A stretch of 63,197 nucleotides of DNA, filler included, from Neoconidiobolus thromboides FSU 785 (lineage: Eukaryota > Fungi > Entomophthoromycota): NCBI GenBank assembly GCA_025603075.1. It is 6 parts of 6 records of this genome, joined end to end, with 100 filler letters (N's around TTAATTAATTAA, not from the genome) between each part and the next. Parts side by side here need not be neighbours in the genome. Positions count along the whole stretch, not along the records: positions 1 to 28,986 come from MU626494.1; 5 more parts are not named here. One strand, written 5' to 3'. Of the stretch, positions 1 to 11,529 are shown in pieces. Each line of letters starts with the position of its first letter. The first letter of the stretch is position 1. The notes under the pieces were generated by a model that saw nothing but the letters and a program-made list of their open reading frames with translations, had not been told where the DNA came from and ran no database searches. The position numbers and the translations under genes are program-made.

Positions 1-347
1 ATCCTGCTGCTTCTGTAGCTTCTTGTCTTCGAAACTTACCTTTAATTAATGCTTCAAAGTTCGCTTATAATAATAAAGCTTTAGATATTATGAGAACTGC
101 TGTAACTGCTGGTCTTTCTGCCGTTCCATATGCAGGATTGATTTTAGCTGCCACTTCTAATGCTATTTTAGGCCCCACTGCAGACGAAATGATTCTCAAT
201 GAATATAAAGGAGCCCAGTTTAATGAAAAACTGATTGTCCTTAACGGGGTCCGTAAACAAGTTTTAAAAGAAAGTGGTGAACTTGCGAAAGGGTATATCA
301 AAGATAACTTCAGTGATATCATCAAATCTGTTAAAAAGATATTATAA
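1..347 (+). CDS. 5'-truncated hypothetical protein (C-terminal ~114 aa)
   Basis: The frame of ORF 90..347 stays open back to position 3 (PAASVASCLRNLPLINASKFAYNNKALDIMRTAV...). Ala/Gly-rich hydrophobic segment followed by a helical tail; ends in TAA. Confidence 0.65.
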   Translation, partial: PAASVASCLRNLPLINASKFAYNNKALDIMRTAVTAGLSAVPYAGLILAATSNAILGPTADEMILNEYKGAQFNEKLIVLNGVRKQVLKESGELAKGYIKDNFSDIIKSVKKIL

Positions 348-1634
348 CCTTGAATTTTTAAATAAATATATACTATTAGACTATTACATATTTTTGTTGT
401 TTCGTTGTAGATCTTAAAAACTTGTTTTATTTTATTAAAGCGAATATGAAATTATATATAATCAAGTATATATAAAAAACTGTAAATACAAATGCCTTCT
501 AGTTCACTAATTTTTAATCAATCTAGGTCATTTTTTGTGAAAGGGAGCTGCTACAAAAAAAATTGGCTATTAAAATCATATGCAAAATATTTATATATAT
601 CTATTTTTAAACTTAATAAAGATCTGCCAATAAATTTCACATATTTAGTAGTAAAGATTAATTTTATGCAATTAATGCTAATTAAAGCTCATACATATTC
701 TTATTTTTATTTTTATTTATATGTTGACAGTTAGCTATTGATTATAGAAATATTAATATTTGAAACATACTCTTTAAATTTTCCAGTTTTGTTATACTGA
801 ATTATAGTACAAAAAATAGTATGATAAAAATAAACTATAATCATTAACCAACCCTAATTTTATTTTTACTTTAATTATAAAAAATATAAGCTAACCAATC
901 TATGGACTCCATTTTTTATTGTTTTATTTTATAAATTACAAAATATATTTTTAAAAGATTTTATTAACTTTTATGTCAGGAAAGATACTTTAATCCTTTT
1001 AATCAACCTATTCATTAGTTAGCTTTGGAATTATTAAAATATAAATAATAATAATAATAAAATATCAATAAAACAACAATAAAATATTAATAATTTTATC
1101 AACATAGTTTGGAAATTTTAAATTAATCTAGCTTTATATTATATTAAAATAAAAAGTAAATGTTTAAAGAATAATCTAAAAAATAAATAAATTAACAAGA
1201 AAGCTGGAAAAAAATCTTCAATCAATTAAAAAATAGTAATTCCAAAGCTAATTTAAATTTTAACAATTTCAGATAGTTTAATAAAACAATATAAACTATA
1301 AAAACTAACTTCATAGCTTATGTTTTTATATTAAAACTTATTTTTATTCTTTATTTTTTATCTTTTGTTTATTTTTTTACTTTATATACTCTATCAATAA
1401 GCTTTGTATTTATCATGTTTTATGTAGCTTGTTTTTTATTATACTTTATATTTATCAATAAATTTTGTTTTAATTATATAATTCGAAAATCATGATTATT
1501 AGTTTTACTTAGGATTATGATATTACATAATATAGCTATTTTTATTAGAAGCATAAATTTTGTTATATGACTGAATTTTAAATTTTTTTTATATTTTAGC
1601 TTTTTATTTTAAAGTCTTTTTTGTTTTTTTTACT

Positions 1635-2058
1635 TGTGAAATTTGGTACTCAGTGGTTGAGTCAAAAGTAGTTTTTAGTTGATTGACTAGCCGTAAGTCA
1701 AGAGGCCTTAGTTTATGTGACTAACATAGATTTGATCTATGAAGAATAACATGTAATATATTATAGACTATGTAAAACAAATATAATAGACAATACTACT
1801 GTAAAGTTTACGTAAAACACTAATAAGAAAATTTAGTTAAAAAGCCTTGGGCTACCATGTTCTAGAGTCTCTTTTATACTCCAATAAGTATGGATATCAA
1901 AATGCGGGGATAATGCCCTTTGGGATCGCATGATAGAAATTCTCATAGTGAATCAAAGTAAAGATTTGGGATTACTTGTCTCCGAATTCGAGAACACAAC
2001 GACTTAAGTGATTATTATGCTATAATTAATCATGAAGCTGGCAAAGTGATATTTCACA
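1635..2058 (-). mobile_element. solo-LTR-like element, copy 1
   Basis: Begins TGTGAAAT, ends ATTTCACA; aligns end to end with the reverse complement of 2462..2925. Flanks (TACT/AAGT) are not a matching TSD. Confidence 0.6.
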
Positions 2059-2354
2059 AAGTCTATAAAAAATCAAAAAGTTAAAAAAAATAATCCCAGT
2101 TTATTTTACAAAAATAACAGAAAATTTTGAAATTTTAAAATTCAATAAGCAATTAAGCAGTTTATTAAATGATAGAAACCAATTTTTAAATGTTAATATT
2201 ACTAAATAATTAATAGCAAAGTTAATAAACAATCAAAAAGCAAGTAGTTATAATAATAAAAACTACTATTATATTGATTCTACTGTATAAAAACGATTAA
2301 TTATAATTTTGGGGTTAACTACTGCCTCGCATGCAGCTATTTATTAAATAAACA

Positions 2355-2461
2355 ATATGGGGACGTACTTTTGTGTTTAAGAATTTTACTACCAATTTTT
2401 CTGCTCAAATAGCGCTTAAAAAAATGGAAAAGTAATGAAATTAAAAGAAACACCTCCATGT
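2355..2461 (+). mobile_element. MITE family A copy
   Basis: ATATGGGGACGT...CTGCTCAAATAGCGC...CACCTCCATGT; its right end is interrupted by the LTR-like element. Confidence 0.8.
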
Positions 2462-2925
2462 TGTGAAATATCGCTTTGTCAGTCCTATGGTTAATTATAA
2501 CATAGCAATCGCCTAAGCTGTTGTGTTCTCGAGTTCAGAGGAAATCAATCCCATGTTCTTATTTTAATTTGTTATGAGAATTTCTAGCTCCATCCCAAAG
2601 AACATTATCCTCTCATTTTGATATTTATACTTTTCAGAGTATAAAAGAGTTTACAGAGTATAGTAGTTTGAGGCTTTTTAACTGAATTATTCCCTGATAT
2701 CTCGAACATTTAATAAAGCCAATAAGTTTTCTTAATAGTATTTTACATAGATTTTACATTAGTATTGTCTATTCTGTCTGTCTTATATAGCTTGTAACCT
2801 ATTACGTGCTATTCCTCATAATCCAAGTCTACCTTAGTCACATAAACTAAGACCTTTCGACTTATAGTGTAGTCAACCCAGTAATAGCTGTTCTTGACTC
2901 CAAACCCTGAGTACCAGATTTCACA
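2462..2925 (+). mobile_element. solo-LTR-like element, copy 2, with 4-bp TSD
   Basis: TGTGAAAT...ATTTCACA termini flanked by ATGT on both sides (2458-2461, 2926-2929); internal TATAAAA (~2641) followed by AATAAA (~2713) on the + strand. Confidence 0.7.
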
Positions 2926-3194
2926 ATGTATTAATAATGTAACTATAAAATTAGAATTGTTTATTTATTTATTTATTTATTTGATAGCAAATCTAGAATG
3001 TCAGCTATGAAGTAGTTAATAACAAATATTTCTTAATAGAATTTTACAAGAATATGTATTTGTGTACTACAACTTTGTTTGATATCAATAGATGAGTTAT
3101 ACTAGCAAAGCCTTTATCAATATGGCAATTTTTATTAAATCTAATAGAAATTCTGCTAACTTACAATATGTATTGTAGTAGAATAATTTAGAAT

Positions 3195-3310
3195 TATCAG
3201 GTATTTTTGTTTTTAATATAAAATGTTTTTGTAGAATTTTAAGCAAAGTTAAAACATATGATTCTTAAAAATTACCCAAAAAAATAAGACCAATTTGGAC
3301 ATCCCCATAT
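3195..3310 (-). repeat. repeat family B copy
   Basis: Reverse complement reads ATATGGGGATGTCCAAATTGG...ACTTTGCTTAAAATTCTACAAAA..., alignable to 54296 and 59368. Confidence 0.6.
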
Positions 3311-3491
3311 AAAATTTAAATTATAAAATTTGCTAAAGTTAAAAATAAAAATTTGACACTTTTATGAAATACATTTATTTTGATTTTTAATAACATAATC
3401 AACTTAAAACTTAAACGTGATAAAATGTAAGTTGGTTTATATTAACTTTCATAAATTTTACTATCATTGATTGTTTTTTTATAAAATTATG

Positions 3492-3596
3492 ATATGGGAA
3501 TATATTTTTATGTTTGAGAATTTTACTAATGATTTTTTTGCTCTAAATAACGCTTAAAAGATGGAAAAGTCATGAAGACGAAAAAAACCTCTATAT
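3492..3596 (+). mobile_element. MITE family A copy (diverged)
   Basis: ATATGGGAAT...AATTTTACTAA...CGCTTAAAAGATGGAAAAG...AAAAAAACCTCTATAT. Confidence 0.75.
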
Positions 3597-4731
3597 CTTA
3601 AAAGCATTTATATTTTTAATTATTTGTAATGATCAATTGAATTCCTAATTTTAGACAAAGGGAATAATAGTTTTATAAACAAGATAAAAAGATTTTAAAA
3701 GGAGCCACAAGCTCATTAAAGAGAAATCTAATAAAACTTTAGTATTTAAGGGTGTATTTTTGTTTTTATATTGCTATGCCTTAATAATTTTCAAAATAGC
3801 TAATACCTGAAAAGAATCATACTCTAGGTTTAAATTTACTTATTTATAAACTAATTCATCTTTTTATTCCCTCAACTTTTTAACTTCAATTACTGTCTAA
3901 TGTTTTTGTTTGAAAAAAAACAACTTACTTGACAAAGGTAAAAATATTATAAAACGTTCTTATTTTCTTCATAAGCTACAAATTAAATTATATGATTTTA
4001 GATCAATATTGTATTAATTTATATTTCTATTAAACGAAAACCATAAAGCATAACCCACAAAACCATGAAATAAAACATTAGCAAACTAAAAGCATTATTA
4101 TGAAAGTTTTTTTTATGAATTTAAGCAAAATAACCAAATTTGCACCATTTATTTGCATTTATTGGAAAAAATACCAAGTGATTTAACGATTAAAGAATAT
4201 CCCCTTATTTCTATCATCTTAATTGTAAATTTAATAAAATTGGTAGCTATTGTAAAAACTGATGGTTTGACTATTAAAATGAAGGTAGACAAATGTTAGT
4301 TTTTAAATATAAGCAGTAGTAATTATATAAACTATCAATAAGTAAAACTGAGTACAAATTTTAATAAAAGCGTTAAATAGCTAATTTACATTAAATTAAA
4401 TTGCGGATAAATTGGTGGGAATTTACTAAATATACAATCTCATTTAATTTGTTAGACTTCTCAATTTAAAACTTCTTTTTTAGGCAACTCACTCGGGCTT
4501 CCTTAAATTTTATGTTGATGTTTGAAAATTTAACCCTTGGTTAAAAGTGACTACAAAAAAATCTTATAATTTCAAAAAAAATATAGTTTAGCGAAGTAAA
4601 GAAAACAAACAGTATATATATAAGAAATAATGAAAAAAGTAATTACTATATTGGAAACAAAAAATAATAATTTTAAGAAGTTTTTAAGAATAAACAATTT
4701 TTTATTTAATTCAAATTAAAAAAATACTTGA

Positions 4732-4802
4732 GATACTCCACCTGCTTCGCCAAAGAATAACTTTGAGCATAATTAAAAATACGGATCAAGTTTAATATAT
4801 AT
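4732..4802 (+). promoter_or_regulatory. conserved proximal upstream module of GPCR 1
   Basis: GATACTCCACCT..AAAGAATAACTTTGAGCATAA..GGATCAAG..TATATA; matches blocks at 8373-8446 (-) and 11407-11480. Confidence 0.5.
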
Positions 4803-4853
4803 ACAGAAGTAAACAATAATTTAATTCATTTTTTTATTCAAAGAATACATAAA

Positions 4854-5885
4854 ATGGATATCAACGATCGCACAGTAAAGATAGTAGAAATCATTGCCTC
4901 GATCATCTGCGTTTTATCTATCTTATTTAACTGTTTATCCATCTATCTTGTCGTCTCCATCAAAAAAACTGACAAACTAAACACTGGATTAGGGTTGATC
5001 TTGCTCGTAGCTTTCTATGACTTAGTAGGTCCAACAGTGGGTCTAATCCAAGTAATTGTAATTAAAGCAACAAACAGCAACTTTTTAAATACAAGTTCAT
5101 TATGTCAACTCGTTGGAATTATTGAGTCTTTAGTACCATTTATATCTACAGGTGCTGTAGCTTTACTTTCAATAGAAAGATATCTATACATTTTTCAAAT
5201 TGTTATACCCCGTTTCACAATGTTCTTAATGATTGCTGGGCATTTTTGTTTAGGTCTGTTATTATCTAGCTTGGCCTCAATAGGACGAGATTTTCGATTA
5301 GCTACTTCGAGAATGATATGTATGGTAGAGCCTACTAGCGGGGTCTTTGGGCAGATATGGTTTTATTCAATCTTGTTCTTTTTAGCATTGCATACGATCA
5401 TAATCATATTTTGTTATACAAAAATTATACTGTTAAGAAGGGTTTTGAGCAATTCCGTACAAGTTCCGATAGAGATTAGTACTACTAATCCAAAAAACAA
5501 TACAATTGATAGCTCACAGGATTTTATTACCAATCATTTCAACAAAATTAGGGACTCTTCAAGTAGCGGAGATGTGTGTCCGCTAACTGAGGAAGATAAA
5601 AGATTTATCAAATATAAGCCAGATCGTTTTGTTATCAAGGCTGTATTATTAATGACCAGTTATTTGATATGTGTCATTCCTGGCCTTGTAGTTATCATCT
5701 ACCATGCAGTTAAGGTCAATATTGTTGGTGATCCTTCTCCGCTATCCGCTGCTATATCCGCTACCATGTTTTTACCTTTATTTTCTATTTCGCTTATAAA
5801 TCCCATTTTACTCATCTCTTTACATTCCAAAGTATCTGACCGTTTATCTGAATTGATTAGCAAAGTTTTTGGTTGTTTTAGATAA
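4854..5885 (+). CDS. class A (rhodopsin-like) 7TM receptor, paralog 1
   Basis: Seven hydrophobic segments, Cys at top of TM3 (LCQ), SIERY at the DRY position, ECL2 Cys (MICMV), NPILL at the NPxxY position; intronless. Confidence 0.85.
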   Translation: MDINDRTVKIVEIIASIICVLSILFNCLSIYLVVSIKKTDKLNTGLGLILLVAFYDLVGPTVGLIQVIVIKATNSNFLNTSSLCQLVGIIESLVPFISTGAVALLSIERYLYIFQIVIPRFTMFLMIAGHFCLGLLLSSLASIGRDFRLATSRMICMVEPTSGVFGQIWFYSILFFLALHTIIIIFCYTKIILLRRVLSNSVQVPIEISTTNPKNNTIDSSQDFITNHFNKIRDSSSSGDVCPLTEEDKRFIKYKPDRFVIKAVLLMTSYLICVIPGLVVIIYHAVKVNIVGDPSPLSAAISATMFLPLFSISLINPILLISLHSKVSDRLSELISKVFGCFR

Positions 5886-7301
5886 GGTTTTCTCTCAGGC
5901 TGTAAGTGTCTGTGGCCAGTTTTTCTTTTCTTTTCTTTGTTTTCCTCTTCTTAGTGAAGTTACATTTATAAACTTTTTATTACTGTTTACTGAATGACTT
6001 ATAATTTTCACTATTATATTGAATGCCAATTTTTAATTTTAAACTTACTAAAATTGTAAAAAAATATTAAATTAGTTTCTTTCCCATGAACTTTATTTAC
6101 ATTCATTTCGGATCTAATCAGATACAGTGCTTTAAAAGATTGTCTTAAAAATAAAAGTTGGACTAAGTTTAGACTATTATTTTTTTCATAATTGAGATAC
6201 TTTATATGAGTTGTTAAAAAATAAATCATTATTAAATTTTAAAGGTGATTAGTAATAAAACAGATTATAGGAGCTTTTTCTTAGAAATTATATATCTGAT
6301 ACAGTGCTCATTAAAGTTTTAAAATCAAAGTAAAAGGTTTAAAAAATGTCAAACTGTATTACTTCAAGTAGTAGGAAGGCTAAAAAATCTGCTCTCTAAG
6401 ATTTTATAACCAGTTTTAGATCATTTTCAACTAAAGGAAAAAAGGAAAAACTCTTTAGCTAGGAAGAATTTCTATTTACAGATACGTACTTGGATAGGAT
6501 TAAGACCTGATTAGGATCCAAATGTTAATTTACAGCATTGGTGATAGATAACCTAATTAAATGAGGCAATGGCCAACAATAAAGAAAAAAGTGGAATAAG
6601 TTAGGAAGAGAAATAAAATAAGAGGTGTGAGTTCCAGTTTATTGAACTAGTGCTGAAACAATTTCATAGTATACGAGAAGCCGAAACCCAGGTATACTAG
6701 TAATGTGTAAAAGCTTATTGAGGTCTTGGATTATCTTTTAATAGTGATTTATTCTACAGTAGCACTTGTTACAGTTGTTTCAATTTAAATATGAGATCCT
6801 TATAAAAAAACTACCACAGTTAATTACTTGTATAATAGTTTTTCCAAAACCTGATCCTGATCCTTACATTTTATCTAAATTTTAATCTGAATCTTTACTC
6901 TTAAATGAGCAATTGAAAACACATACTATCGAGCTGAAGGAGCTGTCTTAAACCACTTCGGAGGCATGACACCTCTATCAAAATATGATAGAGGAATTTT
7001 ATCATGGATTTTGCAGAGATTTTTACTTTTGAAGAAATGGTTGAAATGCTGGTTAGACCCAATGTTATATAAATAAAATCTACTATTGGTTTAAGCTAAA
7101 CATATATTTGATATTTCAATTTAATATTTATTTACAGTTTTAATAAACTTAATAGGGAATCTGACATTGCCTGAAATACACTTAAAACAAAGGTGTTTAA
7201 TAAATAACTAATTAAGTAGTTTACTTATAAAAATAACTTAAACAAAGTAGAAAGGGACAGGATAAAAACAATCTACAGCACTTACAAATTGATGAAAAGC
7301 C

Positions 7302-8324
7302 TTATCCAAAAAAACTAAAAATCTTGCTCATCAATTCAGATAGACGTTCAGATACTTTGGAATGTAAAGAGAAAAGTAAAATGGGGTTTACAATCGATAT
7401 CGAAAACAAAGGTAGAAACATAACAGCAGATAAAGTTGGTGATAATGGAGAAGGATCATCATAGACATTAACTACGACGGCATGATAAATGATAATCCCA
7501 AGGCTAGGAACAACGCATACTAAATAGCTGGTCATTAATAAGATAGCCTTGATAACAAAACGATCTGGCTTGTACTCAATTATTTTTTTATCTTCTTCAA
7601 TGGGTTTGAACGCAAGGTTTAGACTCAAGGAATCTCTTATCTTGTTGAAGTGATTAGTAATAAAATTTTGTTTATTGTCATTTTTATTGTTCTTAGGATT
7701 AATGGTACTAATAGCAACAGGTACCTGTACAGAACAATTCAAGACTTTTCTTAACATTAAAATCTTTGTGTAACAAAAGATAATAATTATTGTATGTAAA
7801 ATTAAAAAAACCAATAGTGAATAAAACCAAATCCGTCCAAAAACGCCACCATTAGGCTCTACCATACATATCATTCGTGAAGTAGCTAGGTGATAATTTT
7901 CCCCAATAGAAGCTAAGCTAGATAGCAATAAGCCTAAACAGAAATGTCCAGCGACTATCAGAAACATTGTAAAACGAGGTATAACAATTTGAAAAATGTG
8001 TAGATATCTTTCTATTGAAAGTAAAGCTACAGCACCTGTAGATATAAATGGTGTTAAAGACTCAATAATTCCAACGAGTTGACATAACGAACTTGTATTT
8101 AAAAAGTTGTTACCTATTGCGTTAATTATGGCCTCTTGAATGATACCTATTGTTGGACCTATTAAGTCATAGCAAGCTACGAGTAAGATTAAATTTAAGC
8201 TAGTATTTAGTTTGTCAGTTTTTTTGATAGAGAGGACGAGATATACCGATAAACAATTAAATAAAATAGCCAAAATGCAAAGGGTCGAGGTGATGGCTTC
8301 TACTGTTATTACAGAGTAGGGCAT
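7302..8324 (-). CDS. class A (rhodopsin-like) 7TM receptor, paralog 2
   Basis: Same motifs (LCQ, SIERY, MICMV, NPILL); paralogous to 4854 and 11530. Confidence 0.85.
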   Translation of the reverse strand: MPYSVITVEAITSTLCILAILFNCLSVYLVLSIKKTDKLNTSLNLILLVACYDLIGPTIGIIQEAIINAIGNNFLNTSSLCQLVGIIESLTPFISTGAVALLSIERYLHIFQIVIPRFTMFLIVAGHFCLGLLLSSLASIGENYHLATSRMICMVEPNGGVFGRIWFYSLLVFLILHTIIIIFCYTKILMLRKVLNCSVQVPVAISTINPKNNKNDNKQNFITNHFNKIRDSLSLNLAFKPIEEDKKIIEYKPDRFVIKAILLMTSYLVCVVPSLGIIIYHAVVVNVYDDPSPLSPTLSAVMFLPLFSISIVNPILLFSLHSKVSERLSELMSKIFSFFG

Positions 8325-8372
8325 TTTTATCTGTTCTTTATTAAAAAGTGAGTCAAATTATGATATGCTTTT

Positions 8373-8446
8373 ATATATATATTGAGCTCGATCCGTATTT
8401 TTTGTTATGCTTAAAGTTATTCTTTAATGAATCAGGTGTAGTATCC
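8373..8446 (-). promoter_or_regulatory. conserved proximal upstream module of GPCR 2
   Basis: Reverse complement GATACTACACCT..AAAGAATAACTTTAAGCATAA..ACGGATCGAG..TATATA. Confidence 0.5.
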
Positions 8447-9499
8447 TAAAAGTTTCTTTAATCAATTTATCTTATAAATTTGATTATTTTTTAAAACGTT
8501 TATGGCTTCTTATTTCATAAAATTTATATATATACTGATTGCTTATTCTATTGCTCATTATGGTATTTAGTTTAATTCATATATCTTTACAATATATCGT
8601 ATTTTTAAAATGTGTGTTTTGTAATTTTAGTTATAGGTTTAGTTTTCACTAATATGCAGCTATTTAATCTCTTTTGTGATGAGTTTAATTATTATTTTGG
8701 AGGAAAATTTATGCTAAAATTTGATTTAGACATAAAGACTGGGCTTTAAAAGGTGAACAGATTATTTTACTATAAAATTTTTATTAAGTATTTCGCAAAA
8801 GAGATGAAATAGGTTAATTTTAGCATTAAATTGGATGAAAAAGCTAATTAACCTAATTTAATAAACTTGATGAAATTGTGTATCTAGTAAAGTCTTATCA
8901 GTATACCCACAATTCAATTAATTAAAAATTATGTGTTGACTATTAGATAGTACCATTCATGCCAGAAGTTTTATACATTCCAAAAAAATAGCAAAAAATG
9001 GTTACAACAGACACTCCCTAGGTTAAAAACAAATTCTATTTTAAATAGATTTTTTTAACCATCACTGTTATAATTTATGTTGTTTTTTGAATGCACAAAA
9101 CTGCTGACATGGGTGTAACTATCTATATTTTGTCAAACTGTATTTATTTTGTTTTAGTTTTAGTTTCATTATTAAACCTTATTTGTATTCGATATATATA
9201 CACCTGTAAACTTTCCTAATAACAGCCGAATCCCTTAATTTATAATAATTAGCAATCTTATAAGTAGACAGTTAGGACAATGATGATAAGGAAATATTCT
9301 TTGGTTGCTTAAACAACTTGGCATTCTTTTAATAAGTATGTGCTTAATACCAAAATTGTATATTTATTTGCTTTATGTAGCTTAAAGATTATTATCTAAT
9401 ATACTCATATAAATAAGTGAATTTCAGTTTTGACTCATTTATTAAGTGATAATCCAATTGATTTAAATATCAATAGAAATACAACTTTTCAAAATTAGT

Positions 9500-9612
9500 A
9501 TATGGGAATGTATTTTTGTGTTTAGCGATTTTATTAACAATTTTTTCGCCTAAATAGAAATAGCGCTTAAAAGATAGAAAAAGTGACAAAGTCAAAAAAA
9601 ATACCCCGATAT
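9500..9612 (+). mobile_element. MITE family A copy
   Basis: ATATGGGAATGTATTTTTG...TAGCGCTTAAAAGATAGAAAAAG...CAAAAAAAATACCCCGATAT, with a small internal AAATAG duplication. Confidence 0.75.
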
Positions 9613-11406
9613 GACATAAAATATTTGGACTAAATAATTTTTTCAGCAAAGTATAAAAATAATACAGCATTTTCAAATTATTGCGACTGTATGGAGAAAA
9701 AATTGAACAAACCAAATACGTTACATATTATAGAAGATATATGTAAATAAAACATGAAAATTTTTAGAGAGAATAATTAAAGTCTTATCCATAATATTTT
9801 AAGTTTTGTTACAATATTTTTTGTCTTGCTTACTTTTATTTTTAATAATTGTCAAATATACTTAAACTTGTCCAAATTATTTTTTTGATACAGCCGCGAT
9901 AGGGTGAGAATACTGGAATTGGCATTCTAAGAAAATCTAAAAAATTGTCAATACAATTCTCAAAACTAGAGCCAAATTGTCAAGACTATCATTTTATTGA
10001 GTATCTTTAAAGTTAAATATGATAATACTAAAGTTGTTTTTTAAAAAAGTTATCGAAATAAAGTAAAGCTATACTGTAATGATATTTAGTACATATAATA
10101 TCTTGCTATTTAATGAAAGCTAAAAACGCCATATATATTAATATTTGAAAAATATTTTAATTTATTTGACCTTCTGTTTTTCTACTATCCTTAATTAGCT
10201 TCAATAAAAACCTTGACATATATAGCAACTTTATACCTCAAAGATGTCGTTGCTATAATTCTGTTTTTTTAAAACAATTATAGCTTTTTACTTGGTAGCA
10301 TTTTATATATTATAAAGTTAGGAATGTAAACTTTTGCTGCTAAATCTTTCTATTTTTGTTTAAGCCAAAATTTTACTTCAAATTGAACTGGATAGGTTGC
10401 TATAACTTTAAAGCATAACTCAAAGAATTTTTTTTTGAGAAAAGCACATCTGTATTATTAATACTCGCCATCAACACTATTGGATCTAAATAATTAATAT
10501 AATTATAATTGGGTAAGGACATTATCTTGCAAAATAGAAACAAAAATATAAATGTCTTAGAAATAAAACCGTTGTAAAGTATTTAAGAGTTTACTATATA
10601 ATATGATATTATAAATATTGGATATTCTTACTCTATAACTTTATTTCATAATAATAGGTTTATTGAACAATTAATCTTTTTATCATTACATTTAGCTTTA
10701 CCGAAGGATACTCGGATTTCTGGACTAAATAATTATGAGTTACGCTATTAAAATTCAATACAGGAATTTGAAAGTTTAAAATTTTAACATACAACTGGAA
10801 AATAGAACTAAATTAGATTAAATAACATTTAAAATGAACCAGAGCCCTTATGAAATAATATTTGAGGATCGATACAGTTTATACTTTTTTAAAAAGACTT
10901 TCCTTTATCTATCTATAACTTATCAACTAATGCTAAGAATTTACCTTCAAATAGTAAGCAAATTTTTGATTTATCAGTTTTAAAAAGTTTAATTATTCAA
11001 TATGGCAAAAACCAGTATCTAAACTAGTGATAAACAAAACAGGGTACAATTTTAATAAGATCACTAGCTATTTAGCTTTTATTAATTAAATTGCGGATAA
11101 ACTATTGGGAATTTATTTTAGAATGATCTTACCCAGTTTATTTTAGTTTTATTTTGAATTGTTTTGAATTGCTATATTAAATTATCATTAATATTTAAAT
11201 TTTTTGTCAGTAATTAATGTGTTTATAAAAATATTATAGTATGAACTAATAGAATAGTATATAAAGCATATAATCTAAACTAACTTTCATAATAAATGAT
11301 AGCAAAAGCAACTCCCGCATATAAAAATGTCAATAAAAAATAAAAAATTCTCAAAATAACTGAAGAATAAATAGATTTTTTTAAAAATTTAATTAAAAAC
11401 TTCTTG

Positions 11407-11480
11407 GATACTTCACCTACTTATAAAAGAATAGCTTTGATCATAATTAATATTAAGGGTCGAGACCAATCTATATATAC
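11407..11480 (+). promoter_or_regulatory. conserved proximal upstream module of GPCR 3
   Basis: GATACTTCACCT..AAAGAATAGCTTTGATCATAA..GGGTCGAG..TATATA. Confidence 0.5.
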
Positions 11481-11529
11481 ATAAGAAAACCATAATTCGA
11501 TTCATTTTTTTACTTAAAAAATATCAAAA

